Positions 10,321-21,243 of a stretch of 64,000 nucleotides of DNA are shown here, piece by piece. Under the pieces are notes generated by a model. The model saw only the letters and a program-made list of their open reading frames with translations. It made no database searches and had not been told where the DNA came from. Every line of letters begins with the position of its first letter. The stretch's first letter is position 1. Made by a program: the position numbers and the translations under genes. This DNA comes from Nitrosopumilus sp. (GTDB lineage Archaea; Thermoproteota; Nitrososphaeria; Nitrososphaerales; Nitrosopumilaceae): positions 640,001 through 704,000 of the forward strand of contig OZ241981.1 in the NCBI GenBank assembly GCA_965204345.1, read 5' to 3'.

Positions 10321-11049
10321 AAAACCCCTTTTTGGTTGACAATTGCGCCATGTTTTTTATTCGGACTGCAATTCAGAGAAAATCTCTTTGATTATTCAAA
10401 CAAATCGATCAATTGTTGATCAAAATCAGGTACACATAGAGATTTACAGAAATAAAGTGACAGATCTGCAATCAAAGCATACAGCACACCACACAGGATT
10501 GTTCTGTGGCATAGGGTATTCATAATCAAAAATGAAGATGGGATCAAAATAAAAACAGACACAAATGAAATGTTTGATCAATTTACAACAAATGTGGAGA
10601 TTAAAAGATGAACTTGGCAAAAAACAAAAAGCGTTCATTAGCCAGTTAATCGTTTAAAGAAAACCAAGTGTCAGATTGGAGATAATTAATTTGCAAGGAA
10701 ATTTAGCTGTAGGAAGAACATCTAATGCAAAAGAGATTAAGACCAAAAACGATTAGTTATTTGGTGAGATCTCATTTGCAGTTTGTAATTTAGCTACATA
10801 CAAGAATGATAAAAAAAAAGTTCGTTGAACATAATTGACAACACTGAATGTTCAATTAAAGCGATCATGTAGAATTTTCAAAAAATTATTAAAAAACTGA
10901 TAAAAACTTCAATAATATTACAAAATCAATGTTTTGAAAATTAAATTACGAAAATATCATATTTCAGAGAAATTATTTGTAAAAATTAGCACAATATACG
11001 ATTTAAAACGATTAGATTTATTTAGCATGTATCAAGTCATGGATCAATT

Positions 11050-11769
11050 ATGGCAAGTATAGACAAAGCAGCAATAGTATTCTCAATTGCAATTACACTA
11101 GTCGGTGTAGGAATTGCAGTTATGGGAGCTTCTGCTGATAATTCGTCAACAAGTTCGATTCCAAGAGAATCTAGCATGATGGAAGAATCTAGCATGATGG
11201 AAGAATCTAGCATGATGGAAGAATCTAGCATGATGGAAGAATCTAGCATGATGGAAGAATCTAGCATGATGGAAGAATCTAGCATGATGGAAGAATCTAG
11301 CATGATGGAAGAATCTAGCATGATGGAAGAATCTAGCATGATGGAAGAATCTAGCATGATGGAAGAATCTAGCATGATGGAAGAATCTAGCATGATGGAA
11401 GAATCTAGCATGATGGAAGAATCTAGCATGATGGAAGAAGAAGTCATGATGGAAGAGCCAGCAGGACCAACAACACACATTGTTGATATTCCAGTAGGAA
11501 CTTCATTTGTAGGATGTGAAGAGAATAATGCATGCTACATTCCAGAAGATATCACAATTAATGCTGGAGATACAGTAGAATGGATTAATCTTGACACAGC
11601 AGTGCACACAGTGACAGGCGGAAATCCGGCTGATGGTCCATCTGGTGCATTTGATAGTAGTCTGGTCATGGTAGATGAAAATTATTCATTTACATTTGAT
11701 GAACCAGGCAGCTTCGATTACTTCTGTATGGTTCATCCATGGATGATTGGCAGTGTTACAGTGAACTGA
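11050..11769 (+). CDS. Plastocyanin/cupredoxin-domain protein with Met-rich repeat linker
   Basis: N-terminal TM; type-1 Cu ligands HTVT and YFCMVHPWM. Confidence 0.92.
   Translation: MASIDKAAIVFSIAITLVGVGIAVMGASADNSSTSSIPRESSMMEESSMMEESSMMEESSMMEESSMMEESSMMEESSMMEESSMMEESSMMEESSMMEESSMMEESSMMEESSMMEESSMMEESSMMEEEVMMEEPAGPTTHIVDIPVGTSFVGCEENNACYIPEDITINAGDTVEWINLDTAVHTVTGGNPADGPSGAFDSSLVMVDENYSFTFDEPGSFDYFCMVHPWMIGSVTVN
11167..11436 (+). repeat. Perfect 18-bp tandem repeat GAATCTAGCATGATGGAA x15 encoding (ESSMME)15
   Basis: Counted directly in the sequence. Confidence 0.95.
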
Positions 11770-11795
11770 CCAAAATTTTTCCTTTTTTCTTATTT

Positions 11796-13382
11796 TTATC
11801 TTATCTTGTTTTTCCTTATTGTTCGATTATATGCCACACCAAATCTATGGGTTTCATCCCGGGCATACTGCAGAATCTTCAAAGAGGAATTGTATTTTGG
11901 AATGACTATGGGATTTTTATTTTTAGGTACATAGACTTGCTCGTTTTCTTTTGCCAAAGAGATACAGGGCAGATCCAAGCCAAGGGATTCTAAAGCACTA
12001 ACAGCCGAACTGAGTTGTCCCTTACCGCCATCAATTACAATCAAATCAGGAAGCTCAGACTTTTCCTCCAGTAACCTAAAGTAACGTCTTTTTATAACTT
12101 CATTAATCATTCCAAAATCATCTCGCCCAGAGATAGTTTTGATTTTAAATTTACGATATCCGGATTTGTTTGGAACCCCGCCAACAAATCTAGACATTGA
12201 TCCTACGGCAAAATCAGCACCGTGGTTAGAGATATCAAAACACTCAATGACATTTGGAATTGCAGGCAGACTAAGAACTTCTTTTAGTTCAACTAGCCCG
12301 GGATCCCCACCTTTTGAATGGATTAATTGGATATTCTTTAAAATCAGATTAATAATGTCCTTTTTCTTGCCCCTAATCGGGGATAGTATTTGTACATTAA
12401 AGCCGGATTGCTCAGAGAATAAGGATTCTAGCAACTTGTGATTTTCAGGCAATTCACTAACAAAGATGAATTTGGGAATTTTATGGGTTGAATAATACTG
12501 GTATAGAAAATTTGAAAAAGAATTATCACCTACCAGATCAAAAAAGAATTTATCGCTGTCCCTAATCACGCCATTAATCATCCTAAAATTCATCACAGAT
12601 GCGGACTGTTCTTGGATGCCTATCCCAAAGTATTCCTCATCAGAATTTTCAACGTATTCCATTTTTTGCCTAGTTTGCAGGCTTCCAAGTCTAATCAGAG
12701 TATCGCGAATGTCTTTTGCACGCTCAAACTGTTGTGATTTTGCTGCCTGTTGCATCTCTTCCTCTAATTTTTTGGTAAAAATCCGGGTTTGGTTTTTTCC
12801 CTTAAGAACATCCTCCAATGCAGAAACATGCTTGGGATACCTGTCTTGAGCGTCCTCAAACTCGCAGGGACCCTCACAGTTTCCCAAGTGATATTCCAGA
12901 CAAACCTTTTTTGGAAGTGTTTTGCAGATTCGTATTTGAAATGCCTTTCTTAATGTGCCAATAGTCAGTAATTTGGAGCTGCCTTGCGTGAAAGGCCCAA
13001 AAGTTTTTCCCTTGGCTAAAAATTTTCCATCCCTGGTGCGTCTTGCAACCAATAGTCGGGGAAATTTTTCATCAGAGATTCTAAGATACGTATACCTTTG
13101 CTGGTCCTTTAGCTCAATATTGAATCTGGGCCGATACTTTTTGATCATGTTTGACTCTAAAAGAAAAGCCTCGCTTTCATTATCAGTTAAGACAAACTCA
13201 ATCTCAGAGATGTGCTCGACTAGTTTTTGCGTCTTGTAATTTTGATTCTTGTTAAAATAAGACCGAACCCTGTTTTTCAAGTTCTTTGCTTTGCCAATGT
13301 AGATTATTTTATCATCAGAGTCCCTCATCAGATAAATTCCGGGATCTGTCGGGATTGTAACTTTAGAGATATCAAAGGTCAT
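11796..13382 (-). CDS. uvrC: Excinuclease ABC subunit C
   Basis: GIY-YIG (PGIYLM...IYIGKAKNL), ECFDISN, IDGGKGQ. Confidence 0.97.
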   Translation of the reverse strand: MTFDISKVTIPTDPGIYLMRDSDDKIIYIGKAKNLKNRVRSYFNKNQNYKTQKLVEHISEIEFVLTDNESEAFLLESNMIKKYRPRFNIELKDQQRYTYLRISDEKFPRLLVARRTRDGKFLAKGKTFGPFTQGSSKLLTIGTLRKAFQIRICKTLPKKVCLEYHLGNCEGPCEFEDAQDRYPKHVSALEDVLKGKNQTRIFTKKLEEEMQQAAKSQQFERAKDIRDTLIRLGSLQTRQKMEYVENSDEEYFGIGIQEQSASVMNFRMINGVIRDSDKFFFDLVGDNSFSNFLYQYYSTHKIPKFIFVSELPENHKLLESLFSEQSGFNVQILSPIRGKKKDIINLILKNIQLIHSKGGDPGLVELKEVLSLPAIPNVIECFDISNHGADFAVGSMSRFVGGVPNKSGYRKFKIKTISGRDDFGMINEVIKRRYFRLLEEKSELPDLIVIDGGKGQLSSAVSALESLGLDLPCISLAKENEQVYVPKNKNPIVIPKYNSSLKILQYARDETHRFGVAYNRTIRKNKIR

Positions 13383-16216
13383 TTTTTTAACAATTTCTTG
13401 AGATATTTTCCAGTATAGCTTCCGGGGGCCTTTACAATGTCCCTTGGAGTGCCAGTAGCAACAATTTTGCCACCCTCATCACCGCCCTCAGGCCCAAGAT
13501 CAACTATCCAGTCAGAATTTTTTATCACATCCATATTATGCTCTATAACAACGACTGTGTTGCCAAGATTAACAAGGCGGTTAAGAACGTCAAGCAGTTT
13601 TTGAACGTCTGCAAAGTGCAATCCCGTGGTAGGCTCATCTAAAACATACAGGGTTTTTCCGGTTCCGCGCTTGGATAGTTCAGATGCAAGTTTTACCCTT
13701 TGGGCTTCGCCTCCAGACAGGGTGGTAGAGGACTGTCCAAGTTTGATATATCCCAATCCAACATCATAAACTGTCTGTAGCTTGCGTTGAATTGCGGGAA
13801 TATTTTCAAAGAAATTGAGCGCCTCATAGACTGTCATGTCCAAAATATCTGAAATGTTTTTGCCCTTGTACAGCACAGACAGTGTTTCAGTGTTGTATCG
13901 CTTTCCTTTACACTCATCACACTTTACATAGACATCAGAGAGAAATTGCATTTCAATTTGCTTTACGCCGTCTCCATCACAGGCAAAGCATCTGCCATCA
14001 GGGACATTAAATGAAAATTGCCCTGGTGCATATCCGCGCTCTTTGGATAATGCAGTGTGCGCATAAAGTTCACGGATGGGGGTAAAGGCGCCAATGTAGG
14101 TTGCAGGGTTTGAACGGGGAGTTCGTCCGATGGGGGACTGGTCAATGGCAATTACTTTGTCAATATTTTCCAGACCCGTAATGCTCTTGTGCATTCCAGG
14201 CCGGACAGTGGATTTGTAAAAATGATTTTCCAGTGATTTTAGCAAGATATCATTGATTAAAGTTGATTTTCCAGAACCTGAAACGCCGGTAATAGAAACA
14301 AAAAGACCCAAGGGAATTTCAACGTCAATCTCTTTTAGATTGTTTTCAGAGGCCTTCCTTATAGTCAGGGACCCGGAGGGACTGCGAGTCTTCTCATCTA
14401 GGCTTATCAGGGAATTGTTTTTCAGATACTTGCCAGTTACGGATTTTGCGTCTTTAAGAATTTGCTGTACGGTGCCCTCAAAGACAACACTGCCTCCATG
14501 GATGCCAGCACCAGGGCCCAGGTCAACCATCCAGTCTGAGTTTCGTATGACCTCTTCGTCATGCTCTACAACTATGACTGTATTTCCCAAATTTCGCAGC
14601 TTGTTTAGCGTTTTTATGAGCCGGGTATTGTCTCGCTGATGCAATCCAATGGTGGGCTCATCAAGAACATAAAGCACCCCGGTCAGATTCGAGCCAATCT
14701 GAGTTGCCAGCCGAATTCTTTGGGATTCGCCGCCAGACAGCGTGGAGCTTAGCCTGTTTAGGGTAAGATAGTTTAGTCCAACGTTCATTAAAAACTCAAG
14801 GCGTTCTCTGATCTCTTTTAGGACATCCCTTGCAATATGTTGCTCGTTTGCAGTTAGTCTCAGTGAGGAGAAAAAGTCAAAGCAGTGATCAATGGACATG
14901 TTGCATACCTCCATTATTCCCTTTTCATTAATCTTGACGGCAAGGGATTCGGGTTTTAGCTTCTTGCCATCACATGCAATACACGGAGTGTCCCGCATGA
15001 ACTGCTTTAGCCACTCTCGCTTGGACTCAGAGTCTGTTTCCATAAATGTGCGCTGTAAATTAGACAAGACACCCTCAAAACTGTTAGTTGACTGCCAGGA
15101 GGAATCGCCAGACTTTGAGCGATACGTAAAATCAATCAGATCGTCGGTCCCGTGTAAAATAATTTGGAGATGCTTGGACTTTATTTTATCAAAAGGCGTC
15201 ATTAAATCAAAGCCATACTTTTTTCCGACTGCCCGCAATGACTGTCGCCTAAATGCAGAGAATCTTCCGCTCCATGGGACAATGGCCCCATCCAAAATGG
15301 ATTTGGTTTTATCAGGAACAACCAAATCAGCGTCAAATTCCATTTTTACGCCCAATCCATTACAAGTCTTGCACATGCCAAACGGAGAGTTAAAGGAAAA
15401 TGAGCGGGGTTCTAGCTCCCCTACAGTCAGACCGCAATAGGGGCATGCGTTGTTTTGCGAAAAGATTTTTTCAGACTTGTCAGTTGCAATCATCACGTCT
15501 CCCTTTGATGCCTTGATGGCAGTCTGTATGGCCTCAAAAAGCCTCGATCTCTCTGATTTTTCAGTGGTGATCCTGTCAACTGCTATCTCAATATTGTGCC
15601 ATTTTTGCCTATCAAGGAGAGGAATCTCATCATCGCCATCTAGGCTCAAAATTTCACCGTTTAGACGGATTCTGGAATATCCGTCCTTTTTGATCTGCTC
15701 AAATAATTTTTCATATGTGCCCTTTTTTCTCTGAACAATGGGGGCCAAAATGAGAATTTTTTTACCTGAAAAGTCCTTGAGTACAGAATCACAGATTCTC
15801 TCTATGGACTGGGTTGATACCTTGCGTCCACAGTTGGTACAGTAGGGAATGCCAATCCTTGCAAACAATAGCCGCATATAGTCATATATTTCAGTAGTGG
15901 TTCCAACAGTGGAACGGGGATTTTTGCTGGTAGTTTTTTGCTGAATGGAAATTGCAGGAGAAAGACCATCTATTGAATCAACATCAGGCTTGTCCATCAT
16001 CTCTAAAAACTGGCGGGCATAAGCCGAAAGTGACTCAACGTATCGTCTCTGGCCCTCGGCATAAATGGTATCAAAAGCTAGGGTGGATTTTCCAGAACCA
16101 GACAGCCCGCTAATTACAACCAACCTGTTTTTTGGAATATCAATGTCCAAATTCTTTAGGTTGTGATGTCTTGCTCCGCGAATTTTTAGTTTATTTTCGG
16201 TCATTTTTAAACTCAA
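13379..16216 (-). CDS. uvrA: Excinuclease ABC subunit A
   Basis: Two ABC modules ([21 protein letters not shown]) and zinc fingers. Confidence 0.98.
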   Translation of the reverse strand: MSLKMTENKLKIRGARHHNLKNLDIDIPKNRLVVISGLSGSGKSTLAFDTIYAEGQRRYVESLSAYARQFLEMMDKPDVDSIDGLSPAISIQQKTTSKNPRSTVGTTTEIYDYMRLLFARIGIPYCTNCGRKVSTQSIERICDSVLKDFSGKKILILAPIVQRKKGTYEKLFEQIKKDGYSRIRLNGEILSLDGDDEIPLLDRQKWHNIEIAVDRITTEKSERSRLFEAIQTAIKASKGDVMIATDKSEKIFSQNNACPYCGLTVGELEPRSFSFNSPFGMCKTCNGLGVKMEFDADLVVPDKTKSILDGAIVPWSGRFSAFRRQSLRAVGKKYGFDLMTPFDKIKSKHLQIILHGTDDLIDFTYRSKSGDSSWQSTNSFEGVLSNLQRTFMETDSESKREWLKQFMRDTPCIACDGKKLKPESLAVKINEKGIMEVCNMSIDHCFDFFSSLRLTANEQHIARDVLKEIRERLEFLMNVGLNYLTLNRLSSTLSGGESQRIRLATQIGSNLTGVLYVLDEPTIGLHQRDNTRLIKTLNKLRNLGNTVIVVEHDEEVIRNSDWMVDLGPGAGIHGGSVVFEGTVQQILKDAKSVTGKYLKNNSLISLDEKTRSPSGSLTIRKASENNLKEIDVEIPLGLFVSITGVSGSGKSTLINDILLKSLENHFYKSTVRPGMHKSITGLENIDKVIAIDQSPIGRTPRSNPATYIGAFTPIRELYAHTALSKERGYAPGQFSFNVPDGRCFACDGDGVKQIEMQFLSDVYVKCDECKGKRYNTETLSVLYKGKNISDILDMTVYEALNFFENIPAIQRKLQTVYDVGLGYIKLGQSSTTLSGGEAQRVKLASELSKRGTGKTLYVLDEPTTGLHFADVQKLLDVLNRLVNLGNTVVVIEHNMDVIKNSDWIVDLGPEGGDEGGKIVATGTPRDIVKAPGSYTGKYLKKLLKK

Positions 16217-18146
16217 TCTCCTTTTTTATCCGCTCAATTTTATCCCTGCACTCAATGGCACGCTCAAAGTCCAATTCAGCGGAGGATTTTGTCATTTGTG
16301 CCTCCAAGTCAATCATTTCAGTGTTGAGGTCATGCATTGATTTTAACTTTGAATCATCTAGGGCAACCTCCTGAGAAGGGACAGACTTTGTAATAGTCCT
16401 TGGAACAATATTGTGCCTTTTGTTATACTGCATCTGTTTTTCCCTACGGCGTTTGGTTTCATTGATGGCATTTTTCATGGACTGTGTAGTGCTATCAGCA
16501 TACATGATTACGGTTCCATTTGCATTTCTTGCAGCACGCCCGCAGGTCTGAATCAGGCTAGTAAAATTTCTCAAAAAACCCTCCTTGTCAGCATCTAAAA
16601 TTGCAACCAGTGAGACTTCGGGAATATCAAGGCCTTCCCTAAGAAGGTTAATTCCCACCAAGACATCAAATTCCCCCAAGCGCAACTGCCGAATTATCTC
16701 AGTTCTCTGCAGTCCCTCTATCTCCGAGTGCATGTATCTGACTCTGACCTGTTTTTTTGACAGGTATTCGGCCAGGTCTTCTGCCATGCGTTTGGTCAGG
16801 GTGGTCACCAGGACACGCTCAGAATTGGCAGATCTTTTGTTGATTTCTCTTATTAAATCATCCATTTGATCCCTGGTGGGCCTGACCTCAACTAAGGGAT
16901 CAAGCAGTCCAGTCGGCCTTACAAGCTGTTCGGCAATCTGGGATGAAATTTTTTTTTCATATTCTGCAGGAGTGGCAGATACAAAGATGGTATTTTGGAT
17001 GTATTCTTCAAACTCTTCAAATTTTAGTGGACGGTTATCAAATGCGCTTGGAAGCCTAAACCCATATGTGACCAGCTCATTTTTTCTGGAATGATCACCC
17101 TTGTACATTCCATGAAGCTGTGGCAGCGTAACATGGGATTCGTCAATTACCAAGAGATAGTCATCCCCAAAAAAATCCATAAGACAGAATGCCTTTTCTC
17201 CAGCTTTTCGTCCATCAAAATGCCTTGAATAGTTTTCAATGCCAGAGCAATATCCCAGCTCTTCAATCATCTCTAGATCATATTTTGTCCTCATCTCCAG
17301 TCTCTGCCTTTCTAGTTCGTTTAGTTTAGGCAGGCGGGATTTTAACTCAGATTTGATTGATTGGACTGCCTTTTTGCGGATATCTTTTGCAATGAGATAA
17401 TGTTTTGCAGGATAAATCTTCATTTGGGAAATTTTACGTTTTTCTTTTAATGAGACGTGGTCTAGCAGGGCAATCTTTTCTATTTCATCCCCGAACATGG
17501 AAATTCTGACTAAATCCTCAGAGTATGCAGGAGTTACAGTAATGGTATCCCCCTTTACCCTGAAATTTCCAGGAGCTACTTCAGTATCATTTCTTTCATA
17601 TCTGGCATCTATGAACTTTCTAATGATGTCACTTCTCTTTATTTGATCACCGGAATTAAGGGTAATTGCCAGGTCTTCCCAGTCTTTAGGGTTGCCAAGA
17701 GAATAGATACAGGATACGGTAGAGACGATGATTGTCGGCTCCCCAGAGAGCAGCATGGCAGTTGCCTCTAATCTTAATTTTTCAATTTGCTCATTGATTT
17801 GGGTATCCTTTTCAATATAGGTATCTGTTTGAGGCAGATAGCTTTCAGGCTGATAATAGTCGTAATAAGATACAAAATAGCCAACGTTATTTTTTGGAAA
17901 AAATTGTTTTAGTTCAGAATAAAGCTGTGCTGCAAGCGTCTTGTTGTGAGAGATTACCAGGGTATTTTTCCCGGTTCGTGCAATCACGTTTGCCACAGAA
18001 AAAGTCTTTCCGCTCCCAGTCACACCAAGCAAAGTCTGAACGGTTCCCTTCTTCACGCCAGAAACCAAGGCATCAATGGCCTGAGGCTGATCCCCGGTCG
18101 GGGAATAGCCAGACGTTAGCTCAAAGGCAGTAATCTGTTCCAACAA
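16191..18146 (-). CDS. uvrB: Excinuclease ABC subunit B
   Basis: GVTGSGKT, YYDYYQPE beta-hairpin, DESH, GRAAR. Confidence 0.98.
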   Translation of the reverse strand: MLEQITAFELTSGYSPTGDQPQAIDALVSGVKKGTVQTLLGVTGSGKTFSVANVIARTGKNTLVISHNKTLAAQLYSELKQFFPKNNVGYFVSYYDYYQPESYLPQTDTYIEKDTQINEQIEKLRLEATAMLLSGEPTIIVSTVSCIYSLGNPKDWEDLAITLNSGDQIKRSDIIRKFIDARYERNDTEVAPGNFRVKGDTITVTPAYSEDLVRISMFGDEIEKIALLDHVSLKEKRKISQMKIYPAKHYLIAKDIRKKAVQSIKSELKSRLPKLNELERQRLEMRTKYDLEMIEELGYCSGIENYSRHFDGRKAGEKAFCLMDFFGDDYLLVIDESHVTLPQLHGMYKGDHSRKNELVTYGFRLPSAFDNRPLKFEEFEEYIQNTIFVSATPAEYEKKISSQIAEQLVRPTGLLDPLVEVRPTRDQMDDLIREINKRSANSERVLVTTLTKRMAEDLAEYLSKKQVRVRYMHSEIEGLQRTEIIRQLRLGEFDVLVGINLLREGLDIPEVSLVAILDADKEGFLRNFTSLIQTCGRAARNANGTVIMYADSTTQSMKNAINETKRRREKQMQYNKRHNIVPRTITKSVPSQEVALDDSKLKSMHDLNTEMIDLEAQMTKSSAELDFERAIECRDKIERIKKEIEFKNDRK

Positions 18147-18196
18147 AGTAAATCCCTAAAAACTGAATTTAAAGCAATGGTGATATCAAAAAAAGA

Positions 18197-18829
18197 TCAC
18201 CAGACGGGCTCATCAACCATATTTAGTCCTGTATCAGTTACCTCAAATCCCATAATTTTCAGAGTCTCTGATGCAGATGGGGAATTTCGCTTGAGGATCT
18301 TCTGAGCCAAGCGCAGTCGATCATCTGATCCTAGGTGCTGGCCAATCTTATATTTTCCATGAAGGGTTTTAGGAGTGATTTTGATCACAGATACGGCATC
18401 CAGGACGCGCATGTGGGATTCAAGTGGGTCATACTGTCCTTCAGGCTGATATTTCTCCATCAAGGCATTTAGTGCAAGGGTCTTTTCTTCTCTGTCAGAT
18501 ACAAGGGAGGATATGCCCTTGATTACAACGCTGATGTACAAGGTATCAGCCAGCGATGCATTATGGGGATCCTCAAAATAAGAGGGCAAGAACTCCAATT
18601 CTTTGTCGACTTCAAATCCCACCTTGTTGTCTCGGGAAATATTATCGAGTTTTTCTCCCCTTACATGAGAATGCATATAGACTGTATCATTAAGAAATAC
18701 AAAGTTCATGGGTATGATTTGGGGAAACCCGTTTTCATCTATGCTAGAGATGCGGCCAACGTGTTCCTGGTGTAAAAATTCCTTTACCTTCTCATGGGAT
18801 TTGATTTGAAGAATTCCGGTTAGCTGCAC
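18197..18829 (-). CDS. Pyridoxamine 5'-phosphate oxidase-like flavin-binding protein
   Basis: GRISSIDENGFPQIIPMNFV...GEKLDNI...VGFEVD. Confidence 0.8.
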   Translation of the reverse strand: MQLTGILQIKSHEKVKEFLHQEHVGRISSIDENGFPQIIPMNFVFLNDTVYMHSHVRGEKLDNISRDNKVGFEVDKELEFLPSYFEDPHNASLADTLYISVVIKGISSLVSDREEKTLALNALMEKYQPEGQYDPLESHMRVLDAVSVIKITPKTLHGKYKIGQHLGSDDRLRLAQKILKRNSPSASETLKIMGFEVTDTGLNMVDEPVW

Positions 18830-18906
18830 ACACTAGAGCAGGTAAAATAATATTATAAACCCTGATCAAAGAAACCTCTAAAACACACATCAGCCAAAAA
18901 AAATTT

Positions 18907-19131
18907 ATGGACGACCCATATCTTGACGAATTGCAAAAAGATTTCAAGGCATACTCTGATCAACTAAAGAAACTAAAAAAAAAGTTACTAAAAACAAGAT
19001 CAGGGGAGATGCAGGCAAAAATAATCAAGCAGGTTGACTCAATAGCAAAGAAGATGGAAAGGAATCAAAGACAGTCAGTCAAAGTGACAAAATCCAGAAT
19101 CAAACAAAGAAGAACAAGATCAAAGAAATAG
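18907..19131 (+). CDS. Basic coiled-coil hypothetical protein
   Basis: 74-aa ATG ORF. Confidence 0.55.
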   Translation: MDDPYLDELQKDFKAYSDQLKKLKKKLLKTRSGEMQAKIIKQVDSIAKKMERNQRQSVKVTKSRIKQRRTRSKK

Positions 19132-19310
19132 ACTGCTACTCTTCCTCATCTAGTTCTTTGGCCATTGCCTTAATTTCCAGAATTCGGCATTCTAATTCAT
19201 TGCATTTGGTTTTAAATTTATTGCCCATAAAACGACATTGCAAGAATAATCAAAAACAGGCAACATTCTAAAACTTGACTCTTATCATTCAAATTCTTCA
19301 TTAATGTAAA

Positions 19311-19757
19311 TTGCTAAATTTAGGACCGTTCAAATGCAAAGAAATGAGTAAATGTGATGAAGAGCGGGAGACGGCAACAAAGAAAATGCTTGATATTTTA
19401 GAAGAATGGGGATCAGAATCAAGATTCATCTGGTTTCGGGAACTGCACAGAATTACAGACATTGACAAAGGATTATTGCGAAACATTCTCAACGAACTAA
19501 AAAAATCAAAGGAAGTCAAAGAAATGCATGGGACAAACAACAGAATATTTTTTTGCCTAAGGAGGTACTATATCAAATGCAGGGACGTTGAATTTAGGTT
19601 CAAAGGAAAGGAGATCATGCTAAAGGATGGAAGCAAGACAAAGATTATTCAGGGCTCAACTAATGCAACAGAACGGACAAGAAAAAGACTGGAAAAACAA
19701 AAGAAAAAGCGCAGGGCCAAATCATTTACAAAGAACAAAAGGCCGCATAAATCATAG
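19311..19757 (+). CDS. Hypothetical basic protein, possible wHTH
   Basis: WFRELHRITDIDKGLLRNILNEL resembles an HTH. Confidence 0.5.
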   Translation: MLNLGPFKCKEMSKCDEERETATKKMLDILEEWGSESRFIWFRELHRITDIDKGLLRNILNELKKSKEVKEMHGTNNRIFFCLRRYYIKCRDVEFRFKGKEIMLKDGSKTKIIQGSTNATERTRKRLEKQKKKRRAKSFTKNKRPHKS

Positions 19758-19982
19758 AGAATTTTCAGCTTGTCTTCTAGTAAAATTAGACTCTGCACGT
19801 CTGAGTTTTGCAGAATCTGCAACATCTTCGGCCATATCATATAGGCTGTAAAGTTCCATGTCAGGAGTCAGCTCGTCTTCCTTTTGATCATCCAAATCAG
19901 ATTCAAAACCAGCTAAAACCTCAAGGTTTTCTTCTAAAAGATCAAGACATTTTTTTACAAGTTCGGAAAGATCTTCATCCAT
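19752..19982 (-). CDS. Small acidic hypothetical protein
   Basis: 76-aa ATG ORF. Confidence 0.55.
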   Translation of the reverse strand: MDEDLSELVKKCLDLLEENLEVLAGFESDLDDQKEDELTPDMELYSLYDMAEDVADSAKLRRAESNFTRRQAENSL

Positions 19983-20039
19983 GATGACATGTAAAACAAG
20001 GCAAACTAAATTACTTGCTGTGCGTGATAGAAAACAACA

Positions 20040-21140
20040 TTATTGCCTGGCTTTTTCACGCAGCACAGGCATCACATGACTTGCAAATTTATCAATAGAG
20101 CCAAAGTAATTCTTGCCCCAGAATCTAATTACAAAGTGATTTACACCAGCATCCATGAATCTCTCAAATGTGGGAATTATATCCTCAGGTGTACCAACGG
20201 CAGTAGATGAGCGTGCTATTGCATCAGGAATTTTGGTTGCAGCCTCTCTCATCTTTACAATCCAACTTTGATCAGACATTGAATACTCTGTAAAGTACTT
20301 TACAAAATCAAACCCTTCAATTTCTTTTAGTCCATGAACCCTCAGAATTTCAGGCTTGAACAGACTTACTTTGACTGCTTCTTTCATTTTGGCCCAAGAG
20401 GCCTCTGCATCTTCGGAGAAATAAACATCAATATCTAATGCAAATTGGAAATTGTCCTTGTCTTCTTGGGTCCTGTTGTTTGCATCCATTGAAACTTCAA
20501 TCTGCTTTTTGTGATCTTCAAATAGCTCAGGGGTGTAACCTATTGGCAGCCACCCATCTCCAAGCTTGCCAGTCAGTGCAAGGGTACGCTTGCCGCCAGA
20601 TGCCATGTATGTGGGAGGATGCGGCTTTCTAATCGGAGGTGCCTGCAGACATGCGCCTTCAAGTTGATAGTATTTTCCCTTGTAATCCACAGTGTTATCA
20701 GGGTTGGATTTGTATAGCGTATGAATGGTTTCGATTTGCTCTGCCCATTTTGAAACGGGTTTTTCAAACGGAATGCAAAATTCTTTCAAGTTTTGAGCCT
20801 CGCCTGCACCAATTCCAAGTATGGCTCTTCCCTTAGAAACCCTATCAAGGGTAATTGCAGCCAATGCAATGTTTGAAGGATGTCTTCGGATTGCATCAGT
20901 GACACATGTTCCCAACTCGACATTGTTTGTTACAGCTGCAATTGCAGATAGCATAACCCAAGGATCAAGGACGGTTGCATTTTTCCATTGGGGGACATTT
21001 GTGTGATCCATATAAAAGATAGAATCATAGCCGGTTTTATCGGCAAGCATGCAGGCAGTTAGGATTTGATCCTCAGTATAGCCTGCCCTTGCAACGTTAA
21101 GACCGTTTTGAATACCAAATTTCAGCTTGTTTTGAGTCAA
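20040..21140 (-). CDS. LLM-class (luciferase-like) flavin/F420-dependent oxidoreductase
   Basis: GYDSIFYMDH, DPWVMLSAIA, LDRVSKGRAILGIGAG, GDGWLP. Confidence 0.9.
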   Translation of the reverse strand: MTQNKLKFGIQNGLNVARAGYTEDQILTACMLADKTGYDSIFYMDHTNVPQWKNATVLDPWVMLSAIAAVTNNVELGTCVTDAIRRHPSNIALAAITLDRVSKGRAILGIGAGEAQNLKEFCIPFEKPVSKWAEQIETIHTLYKSNPDNTVDYKGKYYQLEGACLQAPPIRKPHPPTYMASGGKRTLALTGKLGDGWLPIGYTPELFEDHKKQIEVSMDANNRTQEDKDNFQFALDIDVYFSEDAEASWAKMKEAVKVSLFKPEILRVHGLKEIEGFDFVKYFTEYSMSDQSWIVKMREAATKIPDAIARSSTAVGTPEDIIPTFERFMDAGVNHFVIRFWGKNYFGSIDKFASHVMPVLREKARQ

Positions 21141-21243
21141 GTATACTTACAACAAAGAGTAAGAGTAAATAAGTTTTCAAAACAGATGGTATACAGGCAA
21201 ACAGATAAACGAATTTCGTTAAAGGCGTGTAAAATTTTAAAAA

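Noticed and set aside
10640-11040. AT-rich intergenic stretch as origin or ncRNA
   Set aside because: No ORB-like repeats, adjacent cdc6/orc1 gene or clear structure seen.
11146-11480. Antisense ORFs with HHARFF or SSIMLD repeats
   Set aside because: Shadow frames of the 18-bp repeat inside the cupredoxin gene.
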